Numbered from the stretch's first letter, positions 1 through 13,575 are shown. The stretch is 64,000 nucleotides of DNA from an uncultured virus (IMG/VR IMGVR_UViG_3300031994_000060) (IMGVR_UViG_3300031994_000060), one strand, 5' to 3'. Program-made: numbers and translations. The notes: generated by a model not told the origin, from the sequence alone.

Positions 1-2
1 TG

Positions 3-194
3 TTTAATCGTGATGGTGAATTACCATACGATGACATGATAAAATATATCATGAAGACATATGAAGTAACTGAAAAGAATGCTAAGAGATTATATAAATT
101 AGCAGAAGAATTATATGATGAAGTTGCAAGACGCAACTGAATTTTAGATTATAATGAAATGAAAATATGAACGAAGAATTTGCCAAGGAGATAG
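3..194 (+). CDS. partial hypothetical protein (5' end outside window)
   Basis: Open frame to TAG 192-194 with TGA=Gly. Confidence 0.5.
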
Positions 195-346
195 CAAAAA
201 TGTTATATCTATATGAGGTTGAATGATGAGAACAACCTGATGTAGATGAGGTAGAAATGTTGATTAGAAATTATTTATTTGAACATAGTTTAGTAGTATG
301 CAAACGCCCAGAAAATGCAAACCAGAAACCCTTGAAAAAATCTTAG
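167..346 (+). CDS. small hypothetical early protein
   Basis: ATG 167 to TAG 346; acidic; packed between neighbours. Confidence 0.5.
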
Positions 347-531
347 ATGATTTTTTTCATTATAGAGAAGTACCAAGAAAGTGCTGGATAGCACAAGAAG
401 AGGATGGTAGCTGGACAGCTATCGATAATACAACAGATGATTGTTGGACAGAGAATTTTGAAACAGAGTTCGCAGCAAGATATCGAGCTGAGACAACAGA
501 AGATGCTGAGTATATCAGATGACATTATTAA
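298..531 (+). CDS. small hypothetical early protein (AIDNxTxDxWTExF motif)
   Basis: Track ORF 298..522 extended through TGA to TAA 531. Confidence 0.65.
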
Positions 532-554
532 TTTTACTATGTAATTTTATTATA

Positions 555-980
555 ATGATCAACGATCCTAGATTTAAAATTGAATCATATAAAGATAATC
601 ATTGAAAAGAATGGCATAGAGTTTTCTTTGAATGAATGCTTCTAGCTGTATTATGAAGAATATGAGAAGCTGAATATTATATCTTATGATTAAAAGATTG
701 ATTAGATAGTTCACCTACTTGATGGGAGATAGACAAATTAATAATGAGTTTAACATTATCAGATAACTGAGAGAAGTCAGCAAGATGAATATGTTTTTGA
801 CGTTTGTTTGAAATCAAATATGATGAAGATGATGAATGATATGAAACATATCCTATCTTTATTTCATGAGAACAAGTAGATGAAGCATGAAGTTTTGAAG
901 AAGCATTAGCGTATTGTCACTGATATGCTGAATGACTTAATCCAAATAAACCTTTATATCTTACAATATCAAAATGATAG
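555..980 (+). CDS. hypothetical early protein
   Basis: Continuous frame with TGA=Gly; T-rich leader. Confidence 0.6.
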
Positions 981-1216
981 AAAAAGTAATGACATCATCA
1001 ATCAAAGAGACAATTGATTGACGTGAGTATGAAGCAGTAATTAAATATAATCCTATTATTTGATCTTATTCTTTACATTTAGAAATGAACGATACATTTA
1101 ATAATGAAAGTTACGATGATATTAAATTAATTGTAACAGAAATATTTAATAAACTTAGGATAAAAAATATTACAGTAGTTGATTCAGCAGGTAAAGCTGT
1201 TCAAGTACAAGAATAA
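974..1216 (+). CDS. hypothetical early protein
   Basis: Overlaps previous stop; ends at TAA. Confidence 0.55.
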
Positions 1217-1242
1217 ATCTTTTATTATTTAATGAAAGGACA

Positions 1243-1506
1243 ATGAGGTTAACTTGGGATATTGATCATTGATCATTTTGGCAAGCACATGAATATGTTT
1301 CTGGTGTAACTATAGTTTATGAGATAGATTATAGAGAAGCAACTAATGATTATATAGTTACTACTTCAGTTGATTGATCTAGATCTATTGAACCATATGA
1401 ATTCAAAACATATAGAGAAGCACAAATATATTGTGAATGAATATCAGAATGATGGTGTCGATCTAATGAAAGAATAAAAAGTATTTTTAGAGATTTATTA
1501 GAATAA
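1243..1506 (+). CDS. hypothetical early protein
   Basis: Open frame with TGA=Gly. Confidence 0.55.
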
Positions 1507-1508
1507 CA

Positions 1509-2180
1509 ATGAATAAAATCGCAGACCTCTCACTTGAAGAGAGAAGACATGAATTCATATTAAAAGATTATGAGTTCTGAACTCTATTATGATTTGTCAT
1601 TAATGAATTTATTGAAGATCCATATGATGATGATCTAATGGAATGCTTCAATCATTATCTTGAGAATCAAGCTGGATTATATATCCATCCTGATCATGAG
1701 TTAAAAGTTATGGAGCTTATCGAGCAAACAAGAGATAAGATGTATGATGATGAAGAGTCAGACAATCCACATGATACAGCGTGGAGAGATAGACAATATA
1801 GAGATATGCTTTGTGATATTATAAATAATTATACAACAGCTGTAACTTTTCTAACCAATAGAACTTCTGAAACAATTACTTATTCAGAATTAGAAAGAAG
1901 AATTGGTTGAGCTATCTTATGTAATAATATGGAAAGTAGATGGTGAACAACTATGGAAATAGTTAGCTGATCATTATATAATATAGATGAGTTTGGTAGA
2001 GAATTAAAAGATCCTGTAGATATTTTTCAATATTATATTATCTCAGATTCGTGAGCTGATTATCTTAAACAATGTACAGATGAATTAGTATTCTATGATG
2101 AAGAATTAGATATCTATATCTGGTGAGTTACTCATGTATGAACCAGTTGGGATTATGTTTATTTAACTATACATTATTAA
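1509..2180 (+). CDS. hypothetical phage protein (C-terminal IFQYYII...DELVFYDEELDIYIWGVTHxGTSWDY)
   Basis: 223 aa frame containing track ORF 1638..1910; conserved-looking aromatic C-terminal block. Confidence 0.75.
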
Positions 2181-2182
2181 AA

Positions 2183-2464
2183 ATGAAATGAAAAGAAGTA
2201 TGGTTAGTAGTGTTGGAAGATTTAACATGAAATTGACAACCTACATTAATTAATGCATTTTCATCATTTGAATGAGCAATTAAATGTTTTAATTTTTTTG
2301 CAAGAAATGAATTAAAATATGCTAATTATGATGAAGATTTATCTTTATATAATGATCTTAATATTAAAGATGAATTAGTTTATCAAGAAAATGAGTATCT
2401 TTGGATACAAGATTCTTGTAATTTATATATTGAAAAAGAAATAATAGATAGTTTTAATCCATAA
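2183..2464 (+). CDS. hypothetical early protein
   Basis: Open frame, tight packing. Confidence 0.55.
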
Positions 2465-2474
2465 TTATATTAAA

Positions 2475-2891
2475 ATGAGCGCATTAGAAAACAAATTAAG
2501 CTGAATTAAACAGTGTGCTGAGTTGCTATTAAAAGATGCAGACTTAGCAATTAGTTCTTATAAAGAAGAACAAAAGAAAAATACAGAACAAGCAAATCAA
2601 GTATGGCTTGTTTGGTATAGAGATGAGAATTGATATTATGATAGATGATTTACTAAAATCTTTAAAGATTGGAAACAGGCTTATGATTATTATAAAGAGA
2701 CGGCTGAATTAATACTTGGAGAATATAAGAAACATAATCCAAATATGATAATATGATTTGATGATAGGATATCTTATAACAATAATAATTATCCAGAATT
2801 CATTATTAACAATGAACATAATTGAGATTGTGAAATAATATATGAATATGAAGAATTACATTTAGAAGGCTTTACATTAAATACAAAATAA
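2475..2891 (+). CDS. hypothetical early protein
   Basis: Open frame; TAATG stop/start overlap with next gene. Confidence 0.6.
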
Positions 2892-3166
2892 TGATGATGA
2901 CATTAAAACAAGAAAGAGATGCTTGGCAATGAGCAGCATCTAAACATAATATATTATTTGAGAAATTATATTATGTGTTAAAAGATATTATTAAAGAAAA
3001 TAATATTCAATTAACAAAAGATCAAATAAAAAAGATCAATGCATATAATACAGGAAATATCTGGGCGTGTGAGCATCCAGATGAGATGGCATTGGATGAA
3101 TTTCCTAATGGTAAATTTTTTGATTCTATAATGAATTGAACCGAAGATGATGCTTTACTTTATTAA
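2891..3166 (+). CDS. hypothetical early protein
   Basis: Open frame. Confidence 0.55.
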
Positions 3167-3179
3167 TGAAGAATAATAA

Positions 3180-3437
3180 ATGAATAGAGAAGATTGCTTT
3201 AGACAATTGTTCTTATTAGAATACACAGATTGTTTAGATGATAATGATAGGAAAGATTGTATTGCCTTTCATTATAAACAAGATATGTGAATGGAACAAG
3301 ATGCAAAATTAGACTTCAGTGAAAAATGTTATATAGATCAAGTCTTTGATGATTATCTTTGATGGAAAGATAAAATGATTTTATTTCTTAAACAACGAGA
3401 ATCATGCAAACCAAAGAAGAACTACGAATGAAAATAA
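3180..3437 (+). CDS. hypothetical early protein
   Basis: Open frame. Confidence 0.5.
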
Positions 3438-3973
3438 ATAAAATCCATTGGGAGTTGGATAATAGTTATCTTCATCGAGAAGATGCAATTAGAGAATGAA
3501 AGGATGCATTAATTACTTATGAGAATGATAGTCAAGATTCAGAGTATGATCATTATATTGATACATTTGAATCTTCAGATGGATTAGAAGATTACATTAG
3601 ATATAGAATGAATACATTCTGACCATCACAAGTAGCAAGAGATCTTAAAGATTTAGATTCAGATGATGATTATTATATGATCGATGATGTATATTGATAT
3701 ATATCAACTATATCTGATTGAGATGTTATGAGTTGGTTAGAAGATATACTTGATGATATCTGAGCACCAAGTGATGAGTTCATGGAACAAGAACTTGAGA
3801 AAAGATTGAAGTTCAAGATTGAAGCATGAACATCATCAAGTATGGATGATCTATATTATCAAGCTGAAGTGTTTGAAAATGAATTATATGGTTATGAATT
3901 TGATTGAGTTCATTGAATAACAGAAGCATTGGCTGATAAGAACTGATGGTTCATAAATGAAGATGATAAATAG
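3404..3973 (+). CDS. acidic hypothetical protein
   Basis: 189 aa D/E-rich frame. Confidence 0.65.
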
Positions 3974-3995
3974 TTTTATATCTTTATTATATATT

Positions 3996-4928
3996 ATGAA
4001 GAAACTTTTAGTGTTATTAGCTTCAGCATTAGTGCTAGCATTTGTAGCAGTTGAAGCAAGTTGATTAAATCCAACAAAGACAATAACATTGTCACATTGA
4101 TGGAATGTAGTATCAACACCAGCAATCCTTTCATCTATTGATTTCTCAAATGGATGAGAAGGAATTACATTCTCAAAGTTGGATAACTGAGAATGGAAAA
4201 GCGTAGCAGCAACAGTGGCTAATATCAAACCACTTGAATGATTTATGGTTTATAATAACAATGATTCGGATGTATCAATGTTATTAACTTATAAAGAAGA
4301 TGTGTCACCAGCACAATCTATCTTACAAAAAGATCTTGATTACTGATGGAATTTGTTATGAATTACAACAACAGAGTCACCATTCAGTAATATCTGATCA
4401 GCAGCTAGTATGTCTATTGACATGACAGATTGAACAAACAAAGTTTGATCAAGTTATATTCATAATTCAACATCTAGTAGCGTAGCTAATCCAGAATTAG
4501 GTGAAGCTTATTTTGTATATGTTAATCAACAAAATGGTTTATATGGTTGAATAAATAATGTTTGAACAGTTATTGAAGATATACCAGCTGAAGAACCAGT
4601 TGATGATGTTACAAAAGATTTAGCTTATGTAACTTCTATGGTGAGTGATTGAGCTGAAACAACTTATACATTTAAAGCTTGATTAACTAATACAAATATT
4701 GTTTTGTTTACATCAGAGAAAGCATTGAACGAACCAATTACAGTAGAAGATTGAACAACATTATTAGTTGCTAATTGATTTACAACAGAGAATGTTGTAG
4801 AGATTTGATATAATTGTATTGAGTGAACAACAACTTCTAATGATTGTGAAAAAGTTATAAAGAAATCAGAACATAAAGATTTCTTTAAAGTATGACAATC
4901 ATATCTTAAAGTTTATAAGGTGAATTAG
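3996..4928 (+). CDS. secreted cell-surface-type protein
   Basis: Signal peptide MKKLLVLLASALVLAFVAVEA; two L-x-x-GWN-hh repeats; T/S/N-rich. Confidence 0.8.
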
Positions 4929-4951
4929 TTTTATATATTTATATGCCAATT

Positions 4952-5974
4952 ATGAAAAAACGATTATTAGTTATACCTTTTATGTTAGCTTGAAGTTTTG
5001 CTTCGGCTAACAGTTGATTACCTGAATTACCTATGAATATTTATGGTAATATAAATCTTTGATCATCAGAAATTAATTGATGAATATTAGATATTTATGC
5101 AGGTAATAATAAGTTAGCATCATTTGATATTGTATCAGGTAAATATGGATCAAATAAAGCTACAGAAGAACATCTAATCTTAAATGAATTTGATTGAAAT
5201 TTAACATTTAAAGTTAGATATAATTGAGAAACTTATGATGTAAATTCTATTGATGATACAAATAAAAGTGATTGATGTCCAAATAAAGATAATATTACAT
5301 TTGTATCAAAAGATTGTAGATACGATATCACTCTTAAAGAAATCGTAAAACAAGAAGAAAAGACAGTTACAAAGTCTTATAGTTGATCATGATGACATCG
5401 TAATACAATCGTTAAAGAAGAACCTAAAAAAGAAAAAGTATCTTGGTATAACGAATGAAATCAATATGAGATATTAAGTAATTGATATTCAAGAGAATTT
5501 AATAATGCATATACATTTGCATATATGAATTGAATAACAACTATGCCTAGTATTCAACAAGCAGATATGAATTGATCATTGACAAGAATAGCGATGGCAA
5601 AGATGTTATCTCAATATGCAATTAATGTTTTATGAAAGAAACCAGATACAACAAAGATTCCAGCATTTGATGATGTATCAATAGAATTGGATTATAAGTA
5701 TAATAATTGAGTATCATTAGCTTATCAATTATGAATTATGTGAGTATGAATAAAAAGCTTTAGACCATATGATTTGGTTACAAGAGCTGAATTTGGAACA
5801 GCTTTATCAAGATTGTTATATAATACTCAAAATGGTAGAGATATATATTATACACCACATTTAAATAAATTAATGAATATGTGAATTATAACAAATGTTG
5901 ATCCAGATTTACAGGAAACAAGATGATATGTAATGCTTATGTTGATGAGAAGTGCAAAGAATTTTATATCTTAA
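4952..5974 (+). CDS. secreted S-layer homology (SLH) domain protein, host-like
   Basis: Signal peptide MKKWLL...FASA; C-terminal SLH-type motifs (LTRIAMAKML, FDDV, FRPYDLVTRAEF, TRGYVMLMLMR). Confidence 0.85.
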
Positions 5975-5983
5975 GATATTAAA

Positions 5984-6139
5984 ATGATCCGATGTATTAT
6001 ATATATTATAATAGTTGTACGAATATGTCAACAGCTTTTTAAATATAATAAATGAATTGGTATATGAATGTTAATACTTTGACTTGTAAGTTGTTATTGC
6101 TTTATTAAAATGTTTTTACTATTTAATGGAAGGATATAA
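5984..6139 (+). CDS. small two-TM membrane protein
   Basis: Two hydrophobic segments; CGA codons fall in the hydrophobic stretch. Confidence 0.55.
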
Positions 6140-6730
6140 ATGGCAAATGAATGTAACAATTTCATGATCATTAAAAGGATTGATTGATGAAAATTAACAG
6201 ATGAAGAGATCTGAGCTTTTATTCGTAAAGAAGATTCACCTGAATGACAGTGAACAGAAGTTGATATTGATTGAGAAAAGTATTTTTTCAGTTATCAATT
6301 TGTTGTACCTGTTAAACAAGATGATGATTGGCGAGACAACAACATTAATAATTGGTGAGTAAAGCGAGATGGTTGATATTATGCTTATGTTAAGTTGTCT
6401 GATACAGAAATGACAATCCATTTTGCAACACCATGGTGACCACCTAGTAAATGGTGTAATGCTGTTTGTAAAAAATACAAAGAACTTGACATCAGACTTG
6501 AATACGATGAACCATTAATGTGATTTCAAGGAGAGATGTGAAGGGATGAAAAATGAAAATTGTTTGATAATTATAGAGAAGCTTGAGATTATCTTGTATG
6601 GTGTGATGATTGTTGAATAGGACAAGAAGAAACAAACATATCATATAGAGATGATGTTGATGCTTTGTTATGTGATGCTTGTTATCAAGAACTTTTAAAT
6701 CATAACCCACCAAAAAAATGAGGGAAATAG
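6140..6730 (+). CDS. DUF1281/YubB-like ferredoxin-fold protein
   Basis: NWGVKWD, FATPWGPP and YDEPLMGFQG match the family pattern NWGTKW...FxTAWSPP...YxExGxGF. Confidence 0.75.
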
Positions 6731-7047
6731 ATTACAAGATTTGAGAGTTATTTGCTAAATGAGAGAGTTGATCAGTTAGCAATACTCAAGTAAGTCTACA
6801 AGACTGAAATGTTTATGTGCTATTACATGGTAATATAATAGCAGCAAGACCTGAAGATAGTCAGGATCTAACACTTAATCTTAAGGTTGGATGGCAAACA
6901 CAAACTACTAAGAACAGGATTAATTGAGTTTTATATGCTATGAATTATCCAGTTCAAGTTAAAGCTATCAAGACTATTTGGTTTTTCGTACATGAAAACG
7001 GAGACAAATGGCCAGTAACAAATTGAATAAACTTCATTCACAAATAG
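6718..7047 (+). CDS. hypothetical phage protein (GWQTQTTKNRIN motif)
   Basis: Open frame; GWxTxTTKxRxN-like motif. Confidence 0.65.
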
Positions 7048-7101
7048 TTTATTCATCCGGGACGATGTAAAACTAATTTTATTATTTTATTCGATTGTAT
7101 A

Positions 7102-7443
7102 ATGAACAAGGAATTACAAGCGTATGTGGTTAAAGTCTTTCCAGAAGTAATCAAAAAGACTAAAGACTGAAGTGATTTTAAATCAATGAAGGTTCTTATT
7201 GAATGGGATAGAGAAGAAGAATATCCTAGTAGAATCGTTCTTGAACAATGATGAGACAAAAAATGTGAAGTAGCTAAATCATTACAAGAATGAAAAGAAT
7301 ACATCTTCTCATTAAACTTCAGAGCAAATGAATGGACTGATGCTAATTGAGCACAGACGGCATTCGGAAGTATCTCAGCATGGAGAGCACAACCAATGTT
7401 AGAAGGTTGAGCAACTGAAGACAACTCTTGACTTCCATTCTAG
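7102..7443 (+). CDS. DUF3127-like single-stranded DNA-binding protein
   Basis: YP...FSLNFRANEW...FGSISAW; C-terminal tail ending LPF. Confidence 0.7.
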
Positions 7444-7487
7444 TTCATAGGTAAGAACTACCTTTATATTATTATCGATTGTATATT

Positions 7488-8390
7488 ATGGCTATTCAAA
7501 TTGTTAAAGCCGAACGTAAAAAGGCTAAAATGAGAATTTGAATTTCATCAGCTTCAGGGCAATGAAAAACTTATTCTTCATTACTTATGGCTAAGTGATT
7601 AGCCAAATGAGATCTATCAAAAGTTTGTTTGATAGATACAGAAAATTGATCATGACATTTATATTCACATCTTGGTGAGTATTCAATAATTGAAATTGAT
7701 CCAGCTGAGGCTTCAACAGCTAACATTTTGGAAGCATTCAAAGCAGCTGAAGATGCATGATTTGAAGTTATCATTTGGGATTCATCATCACACCGATGGG
7801 ATTGGATCTTATCAAAGAATGATGAAGTAGCAAAGAGAATGTTTAATAACTCATTCAGAGCTTGGGCAGAAACAACACCTCTATATAATAGAGTAGTAAA
7901 TCATATGCTTGCTTCACCTTGCCATGTAATTATTACAAGCAGAAAGAAACAAGAATATGCTTTAGAGAAATCTGAGAATGGTAAGAACGAAGTGAAGAAG
8001 TTATGAATGAAAGATGTTCAGAGGGATACTTTTGAGTATGAGCTAACTACTGTATTTAATCTTGATCAGTTGCATTATGCGACAGTATCTAAAGATAGAA
8101 CAGAATTGTTTGATTGACAAGAACCTTTTATCATCACCGAAGAGACATGAAAGACAATGCTTGAATGGTGTGAATCAGGTAAAGAAGTTAAGCCTGAACC
8201 AAAGAAGGTTGAAATCAAACAAGTATCTGAACCTGAACAAAACCTACCAGAGATCTCAGATGAAAGATTTGCGAAAGCTTGTGAAGTTATTAAAGACTGA
8301 AAAGCGACAGTTGAATCATTAACACAACATTTCAAATTATCTGAAAATCAAACTAACATAGTTAATGAACTATTTATGAAGAAGGCATAG
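7488..8390 (+). CDS. AAA_24/Sak4-like P-loop ATPase (recombination/annealing)
   Basis: KAERKKAK start, Walker A SASGQGKT (TGA=Gly), IDTE, IIWDS, FEYELT. Confidence 0.85.
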
Positions 8391-8407
8391 TACGCCTTCT
8401 TCTTTTA
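8377..8407 (+). terminator. intrinsic terminator
   Basis: GAAGAAGGC-atagtac-GCCTTCTTC followed by T-tract. Confidence 0.7.
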
Positions 8408-8430
8408 TATAGCTAACCAAAGACCTAGAG

Positions 8431-9507
8431 ATGAGAATACTCATAGATTGATTGTATCGAGAGATTGAATACAACGAAGAATTAGAAAGATATGATGCAT
8501 GGCCTGTATGATACAGAACATTCCATTGGTGATGGAATGAACAACATGAAGATCATTTCTGCAAAATTGCTGGTATCAAACAGAAACCAGCAGCACCAGT
8601 ATGGTGACCTGATTATAATAATCTAATGCCAAAGTTACATTCAATATCAAAATCATTGAAAGAAAATACATGACCTGATTGGAATATTGAACATTATCGA
8701 GATTATCGTGATGAGATAGATGATACAGATGTTATGAATTTTGTTAATAAACATTTGTGAGAATTTGAAACAGAAGATGAAGCTATTGAGGCTTGGCATT
8801 ATTTCTTAGAAGAGAAAGCAGATTGGATGTATGAAACAGAAGATTATTATTATCGTGAAGCAATGTCTGAATGGAAGTTAGACGATGAAGATCCATTTGA
8901 TGTGAGAGAATTCTTTAATACATATCTTGATATCTTCTATGTAATTTTTGATTGGTGACATTTTGATCAACAAGATGTGTATGCAAATATATATCTTATG
9001 TCACCATGAGAATTGAATTATGATCTTTGATTATGTTGAGAGTTTGCAACTTGGTATAAAGAATATGATAAGATAGATTTTGAAGCAGAATGTTTTGATC
9101 CAAACTTATCGTTCTTAGCATATCTAACGCAAACGCAATGAAGAACATTGAAGCAAGTATTCAATCGCAAGAAACAATATAAATGAGATTTCATTAAATC
9201 TCTAAGATCTGAGTTAGCAAACTTCTTTCATGTTTGTTGAGTCACAATGACCTTACAAAAACACACTATTGAATCATTGGTTAAAACACTTTGTGTAAAA
9301 GATGGACACCTAAGATTAGCACCTTGACACACAATAGGGTTATATGCACCAATTGTTTGATGATGAAGTTTGTTTGAGATTTGTCTTGACAAAGATGTTA
9401 GCTTACATATTAGTTATATATCTGGAATAGATACCAAGTATTCAAGAAAATGATTATATTGATATACTGTTCAGGAAGTATATTGATTTGGTACAGATGT
9501 ATATTAA
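8431..9507 (+). CDS. hypothetical protein
   Basis: 358 aa continuous frame under TGA=Gly. Confidence 0.75.
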
Positions 9508-9537
9508 AAAAGTTTTATATTCTTATATTAAAGAAAC

Positions 9538-9930
9538 ATGGGAATGTATATCGCATGAGTAGTAATTGCTATTATATTTTATGTTATTTGAGCATTAGTT
9601 GAAAAAACTTGATACAAGACAAAACTTAATGCTGCAAAATCACAATTGAACACACTTATAGAAACTTATAACAAAGATACAGGAGATTTACATAACAAGG
9701 TTGATGAGTTACATAGATTAAATATTGAGTTGACAGCAAAACTTAGAGATGCAGAAACAAGTTTGATTACATCAAGAGTTAAGATCAAGTCACTTGAATC
9801 TGATAATAAGAGATTAAATGAATGTGAAAAGAAATGTTGTCATAAAAAGCATGAAGTTAAATTAGATAAAAAACCAGTAGTATCAACAATACCGCCTAAG
9901 AGAAAAAGAGGTAGACCTGCTAAGAAATAG
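9538..9930 (+). CDS. N-terminally membrane-anchored coiled-coil protein with C-terminal AT-hook-like KRGRP
   Basis: Hydrophobic N-terminus, heptad region, PKRKRGRPAKK. Confidence 0.7.
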
Positions 9931-9993
9931 TTGGTTAGAGGGCGTTCTTGTTAAAGGGCGTCCTTGTTTTTTATATATTCAATAATAGACACG

Positions 9994-10956
9994 ATGGATT
10001 ATAGAGAAGCTAATAGAGGGTATATCACACCTTCAAAACTAAAATTGTTTATAGATTCACCATTATTGTATAAAGCAATATATGTTGATGAAGTAGATAT
10101 ATCTATGCTGAAGAAATCACCAGCATTAGAATTATGAACAATGGTTGATAAATATATCTTAACACCTGAAGAATTCAGAAAAGAATATGCATTCCAAGTA
10201 TGAGGATTGAAAGCTGATCTTGTTAAATATTGTGAAATAAGATGAATTGAGTTAACAGGTAAAGAGAAAGTAGATGATCTTAAAGAACTTATATATAAAG
10301 ATAAAATAGTGTTAACTCAATGACAAGAAGATGCTGTACTTGGAATAGCTAGTGAATTAGCATATCAACCATTATTTGATATTAAATGAGATTATGTACA
10401 TCAGAAAGATTTGTTTGGAGAATATAATTGATTGAAGATCAAGTGAACATTAGATAGATTTCAAATTGATGAATGATGAGCTGTTGCAACAATTAGGGAT
10501 CTTAAAACAACATCTCAGATGTATTATAATTGATATATGGATAATACACAGTTCTATGCTGATTTAGCTACAAAAGATACATTCCATTATAAATTACAGA
10601 TGGCAATGTATGTATGGTTAGTTCATCAATGTTATCCTGATGTAGTAAATATTCGTGTTATTATTGATGCAGTTGGAACAAGTGATCCATATTTTTATCA
10701 ATGAATAATGTTGGATACAAAAGAATTAGAAGACATTTGGGATACACAAGTAGTGAAGTTATTAGATGATTTAAAACGTATGGAAGAATGAACTGAAATA
10801 GTGAATGAACATAGAAATAGATTGTGTAGTAATAGATATTATAGATTAGGAACAGATGATTGTATCCAAGAGAATTTTGAATATATATGATGAGAGAAAG
10901 AATTGTTAGAAAAATATGATGAAGAAAAACAGGAATTCGATTGGAGTACTTTATAA
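9994..10956 (+). CDS. PD-(D/E)XK exonuclease (RecE/DUF3799-like)
   Basis: ITPSKLK, LGTMVDKYIL, KGTLDRF, IRDLKTT, YKLQMAMY. Confidence 0.8.
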
Positions 10957-10971
10957 CTTAATATTAAATAC

Positions 10972-11826
10972 ATGAGAACACGAAAAGAACGATGTGTAAT
11001 GAGGAAACTAGATCCAACAAAACTACCAAAAATAGCAATACCAATTGAGAAACAGAATCTTAAAGAATCATATATAAAATTTGCTATGAAAGATTTGTCA
11101 ACATGAGAAATATGCTGATATCAATTAAGATATACAAATCCAGAATATCAACAAATAAAATCTAGGACACAGAAATGAAGTCGTGTTTGATGTTATTATG
11201 AAAATGTAAATTTAAACGATCCAATAATTATTGTTGAATGAGAGGTTGATTATACAACAGCATATCAAAATTGACGAAATGTTGTTGGTATTCAATGAGT
11301 AGCAAATTTAAATAAGGTAGTTGATCAATTAACAAAATTATGAGTAAAAACAGTAATCGTATTGGTAGATAATGATGAGGCTGCAACCTTGAGTATTAAG
11401 AAGATAGTTAATCGTATTCCTTGTTATGATTGAAGATATGTTTTATGAAATGTCAAGGACATAAATGATGCATGGGTTGATGGTGTCTTAAAAGAGCCTC
11501 AAGCACTTGCATCTGAGAATCTGTTTGTAAAGTATTGAGCATTCAAGATTAAAAAATCGACTAGACCTTTGCCAGATAAATCAGTAGACTTCTTAAATAT
11601 AGATACAGCTATGGTATTACAAAACCTATATCCTCAATATACAATCAAAGGCGACAGGATATATGATAGTTGAAAGCTATTAGATGGATATAGATATTGG
11701 AAAACAAAGAATGCTATTGTAGATTTCTCAGGAAAAGAAAGACCTCAAGGTAATGCACGATCAATAGCTTATAGTTATTATAATGATAAGAAGCAAACAG
11801 CTGAATATTTAAAACGTTATACTTAA
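10972..11826 (+). CDS. Toprim-domain (DnaG-type) primase-like protein
   Basis: IIIVEGEVD, VLVDNDEAA (DxD), KDINDAW. Confidence 0.8.
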
Positions 11827-11830
11827 TAAT

Positions 11831-12070
11831 ATGAAAAAAATAGAACATATATATTTAGGTAGGGAAGAATATGATAATATATTATCATTTTGAACTTTAT
11901 GAAGAATTAGTAAAACTCTTGTAAATTCAAAATATTGGAGAAAATATTACAAGATGAGAAAACAATGATTTACTAGATGGGATTTGGCTGATAAAGCATA
12001 TAAGCATTGGAGAGATAAACGTGCTTATAATCCTAATGCTTTATATTTTATTGTAGATCAATCATGGTAA
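11831..12070 (+). CDS. hypothetical protein
   Basis: Open frame. Confidence 0.5.
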
Positions 12071-12276
12071 TTGAAAAACTAAAAGAGCGAGAAGATAGAA
12101 AGGAGGATCGAGAGGATCAACAAATGATTGCTGTAATTAATTCTGAAGTAGATAAACTCAAACAAGAGTTAGATGATACAAATAAGAATGCAAATGATAT
12201 TAGATTAAAGATGTATGAATTATTTAATCAATACCGCATGATCACTTGAAGAAATCATCCAATGGATTATGAGTAA
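12064..12276 (+). CDS. small coiled-coil protein
   Basis: Track ORF extended through TGA. Confidence 0.55.
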
Positions 12277-12302
12277 CTAGATTTATTTATTATTTATTAG
12301 AG

Positions 12303-12683
12303 ATGGAGAAACTTAAAGAACTACTAAATAAATGGATAGAAGAATGATGGAAACCATATTGAGATGATTATAGTATATTAAAAATAAGTGAAATAGAAAA
12401 ATCAGATTGATTATATTTTGTATCGTTTGTTTGAGAAGATTACCCTTGACCTGTTAATTTAGAGCATTTGCTAACAAAACAAGCAGGACTTATCAAATGG
12501 TTAGTAAAGAGCGATAAGATAGCTTGGAGAAAATGTTTAAACTTATGGTATGAGATAGCAGTAATAGATAAAGAGGGGGAAGATATAGATATAATGAGAA
12601 CCTTTGATGATTATGAACAATTACTTATGTATCTTGCTATACAAGATAATCCAATAGAATTTTTAATTAGTATTTTGAAGTAA
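12303..12683 (+). CDS. hypothetical protein, paralog family A
   Basis: C-terminus LAIQDNPIEFLISILK shared with 13818; N-terminus similar to 13189. Confidence 0.7.
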
Positions 12684-12895
12684 TGAACAATAATTTTATT
12701 CCTATGTGATTTGGTTTATGTAAGTGTAGAGCTTGTAGAAGAATATGGAAAGATAAGTTATGAAGATGGGATAAGCATCATAAAAATTCAGAAAGAGCCT
12801 ATAAATATAGACTTATAATAAAAAGGATTAGGAGAAGAAAACATAATGAAGACTTAGAAAGAAATACATTTAATGTTTGAAGTTATACAGATTAG
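12683..12895 (+). CDS. small basic protein with CxCxxC
   Basis: LCKCRACRR; TAATG overlap. Confidence 0.5.
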
Positions 12896-12927
12896 ATTTA
12901 TATTTTAATTATTCTTATTATTTAGAG

Positions 12928-13179
12928 ATGGAATACAATTGATTACCAATGACAGCAGAAGAAAAAATCAGATTTTTAGAACAATGTTTAGATAATAAAG
13001 AAAAAGTTAATAAAAGTCTGAGAGAAGAATTAGAATGGTATCACTGATTTGATAACTATCTTACTAATCATTGATTTGATATGAAAAAACTGAAATCAGA
13101 TTTAGAAATATGAAAGCTAACAGCTAAAGATCATGCTAAACAATGTTGAGTAGATTTAGATGATGATTTAAATTTTTAA
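12928..13179 (+). CDS. hypothetical protein (MTAEEKIRFLE, related to 15276)
   Basis: Shares leader and N-terminal motif with 15276. Confidence 0.6.
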
Positions 13180-13188
13180 TATATAGAT

Positions 13189-13575
13189 ATGGAAGAATTA
13201 CTAAACAAACTCATTAGGAAAGGTTGGAATCCTTTTGGTTGATATAAGCATTCAACTCCACGAGAAAGTTGTAATGTATATTGAAGATATATTACATTCC
13301 ATTGTAATGATTGAGATTATGATTATCCAGATTATAAATCACAAGATTATAATATTCGTGAACTTGTAAGTAAAGAAAGCTGACTATGGCAGTTTGTATA
13401 TGATAACTGATATAATCAAGAGAAAAAAGAATATCGGGAATGATATACAAAGTATAATATGAAAGCTGAATATTGGGATACTAATGATTATGAATATTAC
13501 ATTATAGAAAGTGCATTATGTAATGAAGAAGATTTAGAACAATTTTTATTAGATAATATTAAAGTAAAATGATAA
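13189..13575 (+). CDS. hypothetical protein, paralog family A-like
   Basis: MEELLNKLIRKGWNPFG versus ELLNKWIEEGWKPYG in 12303. Confidence 0.65.

Noticed and set aside
167..13575. ATGA start/TGA overlaps (167, 974, 6718, 13569) as fossil or functional TGA stops
   Set aside because: Such overlaps are expected whenever an overlapped start is followed by A. Equivalent ATGG overlaps occur (12064, 44929), and the same genes use internal TGA as Gly.
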